DNA of 64,000 nt from an uncultured bacterium. Lineage in GTDB: Bacteria; Hydrothermota; Tepidihabitantia; B3-TA06. The translations under genes were made by a program, and so were the position numbers. This document shows, one piece after another, positions 56,997 to 64,000 of the stretch. The DNA lies in assembly GCA_964624585.1 (NCBI GenBank), contig CAZUXE010000007.1, positions 736 through 64,735 on the forward strand, written 5' to 3'. The notes below the pieces were generated by a model. It made no database searches and was not told where the DNA came from. It worked only from the letters and a program-made list of their open reading frames with translations. Each line of letters begins with the position of its first letter. The stretch's first letter is position 1.

Positions 56997-57895
56997 ACCA
57001 ATCCCACAAGCAGTTTTTGTAAACTCTCTCCATCAACAGCCAAAATCTTTTCCGTACGCGATCCACTATAGGTTACAGGAACACCAATAACTATACAGGT
57101 AACTCCTTGCCTAGAAAGACTATCCGCAGGACTCGAAATTCCGGTCAATAGACTTTTCTGAATTTTTACATCTTGATCTTTTGCAAGCCTATCAAACTCT
57201 ATTAAATAATCTTCAGGAGCAATCGCTCCCTTCGTTCGAAGACCAACTACAGCACCATGGGCAGAAACACACATTTCTCCAACAGGAATTGCCTCAAGAG
57301 AAAAACAGCTTTGAAACTCTATAGACTTTAAGGCACTACTTACTCCCATAAAATTCAGATAACGTCCAACATAAAAAACAAGCGCAAGGGACTGTTCTGT
57401 TGATGATAAATCTTCGGCTAAGGAAAGCATAGCGGCAATACTAAATCTATCAAACAAAGCGTTGGAATAGTAAGCATTTTCTGTTACCTCAAAATTCGGA
57501 GAAGGAATTAAAAATGTGTTTGAATTCTCTATCTTATTGTTATGTAGAGGCTCAGCATACATTTTTTTACCTTCCCTATCACCAAAAATTAAATATTTAT
57601 TCTCCTGAGCGTCAATCGCCCAACCTGATGTTTTCTTAGAATCCCTTGGTACAGGCTTCAGCTGCAAAATTCCGTCTTCCTGCTGATGTTCAACAATCCA
57701 AGCTGGTTGATCCAGATGAGTCATAAAAACTTTATAAGGCGGTCTACCTTTAAGGGCAATCACGTTACCCAAACTATCAATCTTAGACGAAAAACCGAAT
57801 TGTTCCAGTTTTTTTTGAACGAATTTAATTATTTTACCTTCGCGTCCGGTTGGAGCAAAGATTTCACATAATTCTTTTAACAATTCAATTTTCAT
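56993..57895 (-). CDS. M42-family (TET/FrvX-like) aminopeptidase paralog 1, probably catalytically degenerate
   Basis: 300 aa. Similar N-terminal layout to the two downstream paralogs (…GNVIALKG…THLDQ…) but lacks the conserved Glu-Glu metal/catalytic motif, which is present as QEEVG and QEEGM in paralogs 2 and 3. Shorter than typical M42 proteins. Confidence 0.6.
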   Translation of the reverse strand: MKIELLKELCEIFAPTGREGKIIKFVQKKLEQFGFSSKIDSLGNVIALKGRPPYKVFMTHLDQPAWIVEHQQEDGILQLKPVPRDSKKTSGWAIDAQENKYLIFGDREGKKMYAEPLHNNKIENSNTFLIPSPNFEVTENAYYSNALFDRFSIAAMLSLAEDLSSTEQSLALVFYVGRYLNFMGVSSALKSIEFQSCFSLEAIPVGEMCVSAHGAVVGLRTKGAIAPEDYLIEFDRLAKDQDVKIQKSLLTGISSPADSLSRQGVTCIVIGVPVTYSGSRTEKILAVDGESLQKLLVGLV

Positions 57896-58923
57896 GAAAA
57901 AACCTCTCCAAGCTTTCTTGACGTTGCCCGAACCAATTCCAATGTAGTGTTTATATCACTAAGCGTGGTTAAAGCAACAGGTGAATGAATATAACGCGAA
58001 GGTACTGCAACTACCGCAGTTCGCAAAGACTTAACCCGTACTGCAGCTCCGGCATCTGTTCCTCCCACTAACGGACGCTTATACTGCCAAGGTATGTTGT
58101 TAGAATTAGCAACCTCAGTGAATAAATTTAATAAGTCTTCATTACACACAACTGAGCCATCAAGAACAGTAATCACAGGCCCTGCTCCAAGCGAAGGATT
58201 CCTTGCTAAATCACCGTTTACCGGTACATCCGCAGCGCCTGTACCTTCAAGAACTATCAATATATCTGGCTGAATCCTAGCTGTCGCTAAGCTTGCACCT
58301 CTAAGACCAACCTCTTCTTGAACCGTCCATACAAAGGTTACAGGAATATCAAAAGTACCTTTGATAAGCTCAGTCATAATAAAACACCCAACCCTGTCAT
58401 CTAAAGCTTTTGCCTTAACGCAACCATCTTGCAACTCAAAATCCGTATCAAAACATATGGGATCTCCCACCTGAACAAATTTTTCCGTTTGAATTTTGGA
58501 CGCAGAACCAATATCAATTCTCAGCTCATGTATAGGTATTACCTTACTTTGTTCTTCGAAGGTAGAAAGATGATGGGGTTTTACTCCAATAACCCCTGTA
58601 ATTTCGTTTTCCCCAACCCTTACTCTTTTCGCAAGCAAAACTCTTGAATCCACACCGCCAAGGGGAAGAAATTTTATACAGCCATCTTCGTCAATTTTTT
58701 CAACCATCAACCCCACTTCGTCAGTATGAGCGGCAAACATCAAATGCGGCCCGCTTTTTCCTAAACCTTTCTCCATATACAAATTGCCAAGATGATCGGT
58801 ATAAACCTTATCTGCATATTCAGAGACATCTTCTCTGATAATTTGGGTAACCTTTTCCTCCTGACCTGGTAAACCTGAAACATCGCACAGTTTTTTTAAT
58901 AAGTCAAGATTCATGCTTCCCAA
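57892..58923 (-). CDS. M42-family aminopeptidase (TET-like) paralog 2
   Basis: 343 aa. Metal-binding H (AAHTDEVG), DDRVG, QEEVGLRGA and C-terminal His regions typical of M42. Confidence 0.8.
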   Translation of the reverse strand: MGSMNLDLLKKLCDVSGLPGQEEKVTQIIREDVSEYADKVYTDHLGNLYMEKGLGKSGPHLMFAAHTDEVGLMVEKIDEDGCIKFLPLGGVDSRVLLAKRVRVGENEITGVIGVKPHHLSTFEEQSKVIPIHELRIDIGSASKIQTEKFVQVGDPICFDTDFELQDGCVKAKALDDRVGCFIMTELIKGTFDIPVTFVWTVQEEVGLRGASLATARIQPDILIVLEGTGAADVPVNGDLARNPSLGAGPVITVLDGSVVCNEDLLNLFTEVANSNNIPWQYKRPLVGGTDAGAAVRVKSLRTAVVAVPSRYIHSPVALTTLSDINTTLELVRATSRKLGEVFS

Positions 58924-59942
58924 AGTTTCTCCTCTACAAACGCTGTATCCAAAAGTTTCAAGGATAACTCAACATCATTAAGGTCCACAACTTCCACAGG
59001 TGAATGCATATTACGAATGGGAATAGATAAAAGTATTACAGGCATTCCCTCCCCTACAAGACTTATGATATCTGCTTCTGTGCCAGTACTTCTGGTCAGC
59101 GGTTCCAATGAATAGGAAAGATTAAGAGACTCTGAAACCTCCTTCATTACGTGCAGATGTGATTTGGATAGAATTGGACCAACACCTAAGGTATAACCCT
59201 CACCTAAAGGAAACGCCGAATCTTCAACCCCATGAGACAATCCGAAAGTAGCATCCATGATTAAAGCGAAAGAAACATCTTCCGTCGATTGAAAGGCTAA
59301 CCGTGTTGCTGCTGCTGCACCAAACATCATACCTTCTTCCTGAGTTGAAGCAATAAACCTCACTCTACCAGGCAAACTTTTAGAGCTTAACCTTTCGGTA
59401 AGGAGAAGAGAAAGATATAAACTTACACGATTATCGATCCCAGCCCCTGTCAGCATCGTTCCCAACATTCGAGAAGACCTATATCTCCAGGTACACGAGT
59501 CTCCAATATGCACATTTTGGTGAACTTGCTCTGCCGCAAGTCCAGTATCAATAAATAATTTCTTTCGCGGAACAGGTCGCGTCCTTTCCTCTTGAGATAA
59601 ATAGTGAGGTGGAACCATTCCCACTACACCTGTTAATTCCTTTTTCCCCCATACACTAACTTCTTGACCTGGGGCAATTCTTGCATCAATTCCAGGCATC
59701 TGAAAATAAATATAACCTTCTTTGTCTATTCTTTCCACTGTATATGAAACTTGGTCTATATGGGCGCTTACAAGGGCCAAACTTTCGCCTTCGCCAATTT
59801 CCCAATAAAGCCCTGCATAACCAGCGTCAATTGGAACAATCCCTATTTTTTTTAGATATTGAGCAATAAACGCTTTCATTTTCTCTTCACGCCCGGAAGG
59901 TGAAGGGACATTGAGAATTTCTAAAAAGGTATCGTGATTCAT
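58911..59942 (-). CDS. M42-family aminopeptidase (TET-like) paralog 3
   Basis: 343 aa. SAHIDQV, IDNRVS, TQEEGMMFGA motifs. 4-nt overlap with parB upstream and 13-nt overlap with paralog 2. Confidence 0.8.
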   Translation of the reverse strand: MNHDTFLEILNVPSPSGREEKMKAFIAQYLKKIGIVPIDAGYAGLYWEIGEGESLALVSAHIDQVSYTVERIDKEGYIYFQMPGIDARIAPGQEVSVWGKKELTGVVGMVPPHYLSQEERTRPVPRKKLFIDTGLAAEQVHQNVHIGDSCTWRYRSSRMLGTMLTGAGIDNRVSLYLSLLLTERLSSKSLPGRVRFIASTQEEGMMFGAAAATRLAFQSTEDVSFALIMDATFGLSHGVEDSAFPLGEGYTLGVGPILSKSHLHVMKEVSESLNLSYSLEPLTRSTGTEADIISLVGEGMPVILLSIPIRNMHSPVEVVDLNDVELSLKLLDTAFVEEKLWEA

Positions 59943-60781
59943 TTCTCTCTAAACCATTCAAGAAGCCTTGCAAACTCAGCATCACTGGAGAAATTTATTA
60001 CTATTTTTCCTCCCTTTGCTCCGCGAGTAACGGATGTCTTAACTCCAAGCTTTTGGGATATTAATTCCTCAGCATCAACCGAAATACCATCTGTTTTCTT
60101 AATTCGTTCCGGCATCTTTACTTTAGCCGCCTGCTGAGCCAAACGTTCAACTGCCCTAACAGTAAGACCTTCTACAACAATCCTATCACATATTTTTTCG
60201 ATAAGGGATATGGAATGTATTTGCAATAATGCTCTAGCATGACCCTCTGTAATTTTGCCTTCTTCAAGATAAAGTTTTGCCTTACGCGGCAACATAAGTA
60301 ACCTAAGCGTATTGGCAACTGTTGAGCGATTCTTTCCAACTATATGTGCAACTTCATCCTGAGTTAAACCAAATTCATCTGCCAGTTGTTTGAAAGCCAA
60401 GGCTGATTCTATTGGATTAAGGTTCGCACGCTGTATATTCTCAATCAAAGCCAAAGCAAGCATCTGCTTGTTATCGGCTTCCCTGATTACCACAGGCACT
60501 TCTTTCAAACCGGCAAGCTTAGCCGCTTTTAACCTACGTGAACCTGCCACAAGCTGATAACCTGCTCCGTGACGACGAACAACTATAGGCTGAAGTATAC
60601 CGTGTTCTTTAATGGAAGCAGCTAATTCCTGAACTTCCTTACCCGAGACCTTACGCGGTTGATACGGATTATCGCCAATAAGATTTACGGAAAGACTAAT
60701 TGTAGCCTTCTTATCCTCAGAAGTGGATTTTGAGGATGGAATAAGTGCATCAAGTCCCTTACCTAAGGCTTTTCTAGTCAC
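59939..60781 (-). CDS. parB: Chromosome partitioning protein ParB (Spo0J)
   Basis: 280 aa. ParB box motifs (GILQPIVVRR, LVAGSRRLKAAKLAGL, HTH region LTQDEVAHIVGKNRSTVANTLRLL). Confidence 0.9.
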   Translation of the reverse strand: MTRKALGKGLDALIPSSKSTSEDKKATISLSVNLIGDNPYQPRKVSGKEVQELAASIKEHGILQPIVVRRHGAGYQLVAGSRRLKAAKLAGLKEVPVVIREADNKQMLALALIENIQRANLNPIESALAFKQLADEFGLTQDEVAHIVGKNRSTVANTLRLLMLPRKAKLYLEEGKITEGHARALLQIHSISLIEKICDRIVVEGLTVRAVERLAQQAAKVKMPERIKKTDGISVDAEELISQKLGVKTSVTRGAKGGKIVINFSSDAEFARLLEWFREK

Positions 60782-61562
60782 GTGCTATCACCTCTTTTGC
60801 CAACTCAAGATAGGCCTGAGCCCCACGGGAATTAATATCATAATGCAGTATAGTTTGTCCAAAACTTGGAGCCTCAGCCAACCTAATATTTCGCGGGATT
60901 GTAGTTGAAAAGACTTTATCCGCAAAGTGTTTTTTCACTTCACCTGCTACCTGCTCAGCCAAATTGGTTCGGGAATCATACATTGTCAAAAGCACCCCAA
61001 AAATCTCCAAGTTTGGATTCAAGGCTTCTCTAACCCTATTTAAGGTATCAACAAGTTTACTTAAACCTTCCAGAGAATAATACTCACATTGAACCGGTAT
61101 AATTACCCCTTGAGCAGCTACCAAAGCATTTAAGGTAAGAAGACCCAAAGAAGGCGGTGCGTCTATAATAACGTAGTCATAGTTATTGAGAGCATCCAAA
61201 GCATCACGCAGTCTTGACTCTCTGCCCTGGGCATCAATTAATTCTATCTCCAAACCTGCCAAATCAAGAGAGGCCGGAAGTAAATCAAGACAGGCGACTT
61301 GTGTGGAACGAATAGCTTGTTTCAAACAAGAAGGTTCACTTAAGACATCATAGGTTGACATCTGTAAAGAACGATTATCAACACCCAAACCACTAGTAGC
61401 GTTCGCTTGAGCATCAATATCTACAAGCAACACTTTCTTCTCAGCCACCGCCAACGCTGCTGCCATATTTATAGAAGTAGTTGTTTTACCAACTCCGCCC
61501 TTTTGGTTCACAACAGCAATACGACGCATCCGATATGTTATTGAATAGTCTTGGCTTGTCAA
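60774..61562 (-). CDS. parA: Chromosome partitioning ATPase ParA (Soj)
   Basis: 262 aa. Deviant Walker A KGGVGKTTT, Walker B/A' motifs, 8-nt overlap with parB. Confidence 0.9.
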   Translation of the reverse strand: MTSQDYSITYRMRRIAVVNQKGGVGKTTTSINMAAALAVAEKKVLLVDIDAQANATSGLGVDNRSLQMSTYDVLSEPSCLKQAIRSTQVACLDLLPASLDLAGLEIELIDAQGRESRLRDALDALNNYDYVIIDAPPSLGLLTLNALVAAQGVIIPVQCEYYSLEGLSKLVDTLNRVREALNPNLEIFGVLLTMYDSRTNLAEQVAGEVKKHFADKVFSTTIPRNIRLAEAPSFGQTILHYDINSRGAQAYLELAKEVIARD

Positions 61563-62854
61563 CTAATATTGCTCTTTTTTAACCCTAAAAGGTCAATAAG
61601 CTCTTTCAAAGTCAACTCTTTTTGCTCACCTGAACGCATATCACGTAAAACCAGCTTCCCTGATTTAATTTCATCTTCACCAACTATAAGTACCTTACTG
61701 ACATTACGAGAATTGGCACGCCTAAGTTGACGGGAAAGATTACCTTTGCGGAATTCAGCAACAGCAAATATGGAATTTTTTCTAAATTCAAAAAGAATAT
61801 CTAAAACGAATTCCCTACTGGCTTCCCCCAGAGGTATAATGAGCAAAGGAATAGGTTCTTGCTGATAGACAAACACCTGCTCCCCTTGACTAGCGAGAAG
61901 CGCGCGCTCCACTCCAAAGGCAAAACCGACAGCCGGAACGCTAGGTCCTCCCAATTCTTGCATAAGATAATCGTAACGTCCACCGCCACAAACAACGCTT
62001 TGCGCCCCCAAGGCAGCTGAAACAAACTCTATTACCGTTCGGGAATAATAATCCAGCCCTCTAACCAAACGAATATTCTCTTTATATGGAATAGCAAACT
62101 GATCCAGACCTTTTTTAACCCCTTGAAAATGACTTGCGCATTCATCACAAAGATAATCACGCTGAGAAGGAGCAGATATCAGTATTGTTTGACAAGTCTT
62201 AACCTTACAGTCAAATACTCTTAAAGGATTGCGTTCCATACGCAACTTACAGTCATCACAAAGTCCAGCACGATGCTTTTTTAGAAATAACTTTAACTGT
62301 TCGGTATAATGGGGACGACACTGTCTACAACCAATAGTATTAATTTCCAAATGCATTTTTTCAATACCTATGGTTGTTAATAAATCGTACCCTAGTCTAA
62401 TAAGCTCAGCATCAACCTCCGGTTCAGCCTCCCCAATTATTTCCACTCCTATTTGAGTATGCTCACGATATCTACCTTTCTGAGGTTTATCTTGCCTAAA
62501 CATAGACATCATATACCATAACCTTACAGGAATTTTTATCTTATTCTCTATAACAGCTCTCATTATAGAAGGAGTACCCTCAGGTCTGAGGGCCAAATCA
62601 CGTCCGCCCATATCGTTAAATCTGTACATCTCCTTAATTACGATATCTGATGAATTACCAGTGGTTCGCTGATACAATTCGTAATATTCAAATGTCGGCG
62701 TGTAAATAGGCATAAACCCTGCATTATTAAGATAAGAGTAGACAAGCTGCTCAAGCCTACGCCTGGCTAAAGCTTCTGTAGGTAAAATATCTCTTGTACC
62801 TTTAACTCTCTGAAAACGCACGTCTCCTCCTGAAATAGGATATAATAAATCCAA
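61559..62854 (-). CDS. hisS: Histidine--tRNA ligase HisS with Cys-rich (4x CxxC) insertion domain
   Basis: 431 aa class II aaRS. Motif 1/2 regions (MYRFNDMGGRDLALRPEGT, FRQDKPQKGRYREHTQIGVE). C-terminal anticodon-binding domain. Insertion domain contains C176/C179, C199/C202, C216/C221, C236/C239. Confidence 0.9.
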   Translation of the reverse strand: MDLLYPISGGDVRFQRVKGTRDILPTEALARRRLEQLVYSYLNNAGFMPIYTPTFEYYELYQRTTGNSSDIVIKEMYRFNDMGGRDLALRPEGTPSIMRAVIENKIKIPVRLWYMMSMFRQDKPQKGRYREHTQIGVEIIGEAEPEVDAELIRLGYDLLTTIGIEKMHLEINTIGCRQCRPHYTEQLKLFLKKHRAGLCDDCKLRMERNPLRVFDCKVKTCQTILISAPSQRDYLCDECASHFQGVKKGLDQFAIPYKENIRLVRGLDYYSRTVIEFVSAALGAQSVVCGGGRYDYLMQELGGPSVPAVGFAFGVERALLASQGEQVFVYQQEPIPLLIIPLGEASREFVLDILFEFRKNSIFAVAEFRKGNLSRQLRRANSRNVSKVLIVGEDEIKSGKLVLRDMRSGEQKELTLKELIDLLGLKKSNIS

Positions 62855-63134
62855 TTATAATCCCCGCCTCATTGGCAAGCAAATCCCATACAGCAACTTG
62901 TCTTCCTGGAGAAAAATACTGCTGTAGTTCATTAATTAAACCAAAAACAAGTAGCGGTATAATTATCCACCATTTGAAAGAACTTCCTGCCAAATACCCC
63001 AGATAAGCAAAAGCCATTAAGTGAAAAATTTTATCGAAATTAAAACGCTGAATAGATTGAGTTTGCCCGGGTATGAAGGAAAGGCATATCAAAAACAGGG
63101 TCCAAACAATAAGGTAAATGTGACTTCGACGCAC
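62802..63134 (-). CDS. VanZ-like family small membrane protein
   Basis: 110 aa. Three TM segments. Overlaps the hisS start by 53 nt, so the hisS or VanZ start may be mis-assigned. Composition is VanZ-like, weak. Confidence 0.4.
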   Translation of the reverse strand: MRRSHIYLIVWTLFLICLSFIPGQTQSIQRFNFDKIFHLMAFAYLGYLAGSSFKWWIIIPLLVFGLINELQQYFSPGRQVAVWDLLANEAGIIIGFIISYFRRRRAFSES

Positions 63135-63135
63135 A

Positions 63136-63756
63136 TCAGCCCCGAATAATCTCCTTGATACGCATCAGACGAGTTAAATTGCCTCGTTCCATTTCAGAAA
63201 GCTTCAAGTTTATATAACTTATCGTTTCAGAGATATTGGGAATTACTACATATTCTAAAGCGTTTACCCTTCTACGGGTTCTCTCAATTTCTTCAGCAAC
63301 CAGTTCTAGGGTTTTTTCCTTTTCAGCAAGAAGAACCATTTTTTCAAGAACGGAGAAAAGGTATTTCAAGGCATAATCTAACTCACCAGAGGTATCAAGA
63401 AATCCGTAACAACGGATATTACCTTCCAGACGAGGCTTGAAAGTAGGAGCTTTAACATTAAGTATCCTTCGAATACCAGCTTCTATTGAAAGTTTTACAG
63501 CAGGCAAGGATGTCGCTATATCTGTTGCATTAGGATGATGTTGCGCTTTAGCTAAGGCGAATTTAGCAAATCCTTTTCTTAAAGATTCTTCGACTTCCTT
63601 GCGTAACAATTGAATTTCATCAACCAGTGAATATACATTACGCATAAGCTCTTCAAGCTTATCTTTGAGCAATTTATAACCACGCGCTGCAATCTTAAGC
63701 CTACGACGCAGCCTTAGAAGCTCCATTCGAGTAGCATTAACGTTCAGCCTAGCCAT
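63136..63756 (-). CDS. V/A-type ATP synthase subunit D
   Basis: 206 aa. N-terminal …NATRMELLRLRRRLKIAARGYKLLKDK… is the characteristic central-stalk D subunit pattern. Coiled-coil ends. Confidence 0.8.
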   Translation of the reverse strand: MARLNVNATRMELLRLRRRLKIAARGYKLLKDKLEELMRNVYSLVDEIQLLRKEVEESLRKGFAKFALAKAQHHPNATDIATSLPAVKLSIEAGIRRILNVKAPTFKPRLEGNIRCYGFLDTSGELDYALKYLFSVLEKMVLLAEKEKTLELVAEEIERTRRRVNALEYVVIPNISETISYINLKLSEMERGNLTRLMRIKEIIRG

Positions 63757-63798
63757 ATAGAATATCTCCAGAAGACCGTCTAGAATTAATAGTTATCA

Positions 63799-64000
63799 CT
63801 AATTAGCTTCCTTGTTAAATTTAGCCACTGCTGCGTCATAATATTTCTCAAGATTCTCATCACGAACACGTTTCATTTCTCCACGCGGCAACATTGTCAA
63901 AAGTTCCCATCCCAAATCAAGAGTCTGAGTAATTGTACGATCTTCGTATTCGCCTTGAGAAATATAACGCTGTTCAAATGCCTCGGCAAATTTCATATAT
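63799..64000 (-). CDS. V/A-type ATP synthase subunit B, C-terminal fragment (gene continues beyond window end)
   Basis: C-terminal peptide …[36 protein letters not shown]… matches the conserved C-terminus of V-type B subunits. N-terminus lies outside the window. Confidence 0.65.
   Translation of the reverse strand, partial: YMKFAEAFEQRYISQGEYEDRTITQTLDLGWELLTMLPRGEMKRVRDENLEKYYDAAVAKFNKEAN

Noticed and set aside
2528-63996. Numerous 60-175 aa antisense/alternative-frame ORFs inside long genes
   Set aside because: Examples include 2528-2716, 6037-6279, 13555-13866, 24710-24904, 42486-43013, 45970-46347, 52530-52997, 56512-56922. They are embedded in well-supported genes on the other strand or frame, have skewed low-complexity composition and lack start signals.
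1-64000. CRISPR arrays, integrases, transposases, insertion-sequence inverted repeats and prophage genes
   Set aside because: No regularly spaced direct repeats and no recombinase/transposase-like ORFs were found on either strand.

Overview
AT-rich (roughly 40% GC by eye) chromosomal segment of a Gram-negative bacterium. Four proteins carry type IX secretion C-terminal sorting domains, and a bacterial V/A-type ATPase is present, so it is probably a Fibrobacteres-Chlorobi-Bacteroidetes (FCB) superphylum or related candidate lineage. Layout: (1) 1-15.2 kb, + strand: a tightly packed division/cell-wall (dcw) cluster, STAS-rsmH-ftsL-ftsI-murE-murF-mraY-murD-ftsW-murG-murC-murB-ftsA-ftsZ. There is no mraZ, ftsQ or ddl at the canonical positions. 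It is followed by htrA and purB. (2) 18.3-18.5 kb: tRNA-Tyr and tRNA-Thr (minus strand) with a terminator and a candidate promoter. (3) 18.6-30.2 kb: accessory-looking block with two beta-barrel OMP genes, an SDR, an SBBP-repeat secreted protein, a 1658-aa gingipain-like (clan CD) peptidase with an embedded BNR/Asp-box propeller, tatD and a DUF4097-like protein. (4) 30.5-37.8 kb, + strand: hypothetical protein, orphan sensor kinase, trmI, tldD/pmbA, folC. (5) 37.7-46.8 kb, minus strand: a 10-gene, ~9 kb translationally coupled operon behind a perfect sigma70 consensus promoter. Order is OmpA-like protein, two secreted hypotheticals, mannose-family PTS IIB-IIC-IID (no IIA visible), HPr, enzyme I, PGI/PMI isomerase, sugar-phosphate nucleotidyltransferase. 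(6) 47.0-55.3 kb, minus strand: bactofilin, T9SS M6 metalloprotease, FabG, 1066-aa TPR protein, T9SS beta-propeller protein. (7) 55.7-64 kb, minus strand: V-ATPase B(partial)/D, VanZ-like, hisS (Cys-rich insertion), parA, parB, three tandem M42 (TET-like) aminopeptidase paralogs (one lacks the Glu-Glu motif) and an M23/LytM peptidase. The hisS-to-M23 run is linked by 4-13 nt overlaps. No CRISPR, integrase or transposase was seen. The most unusual candidates are the IIA-less PTS/envelope/nucleotide-sugar operon, the parAB-M42x3-M23 coupling with a neighbouring bactofilin operon, and the giant propeller-containing clan CD peptidase.
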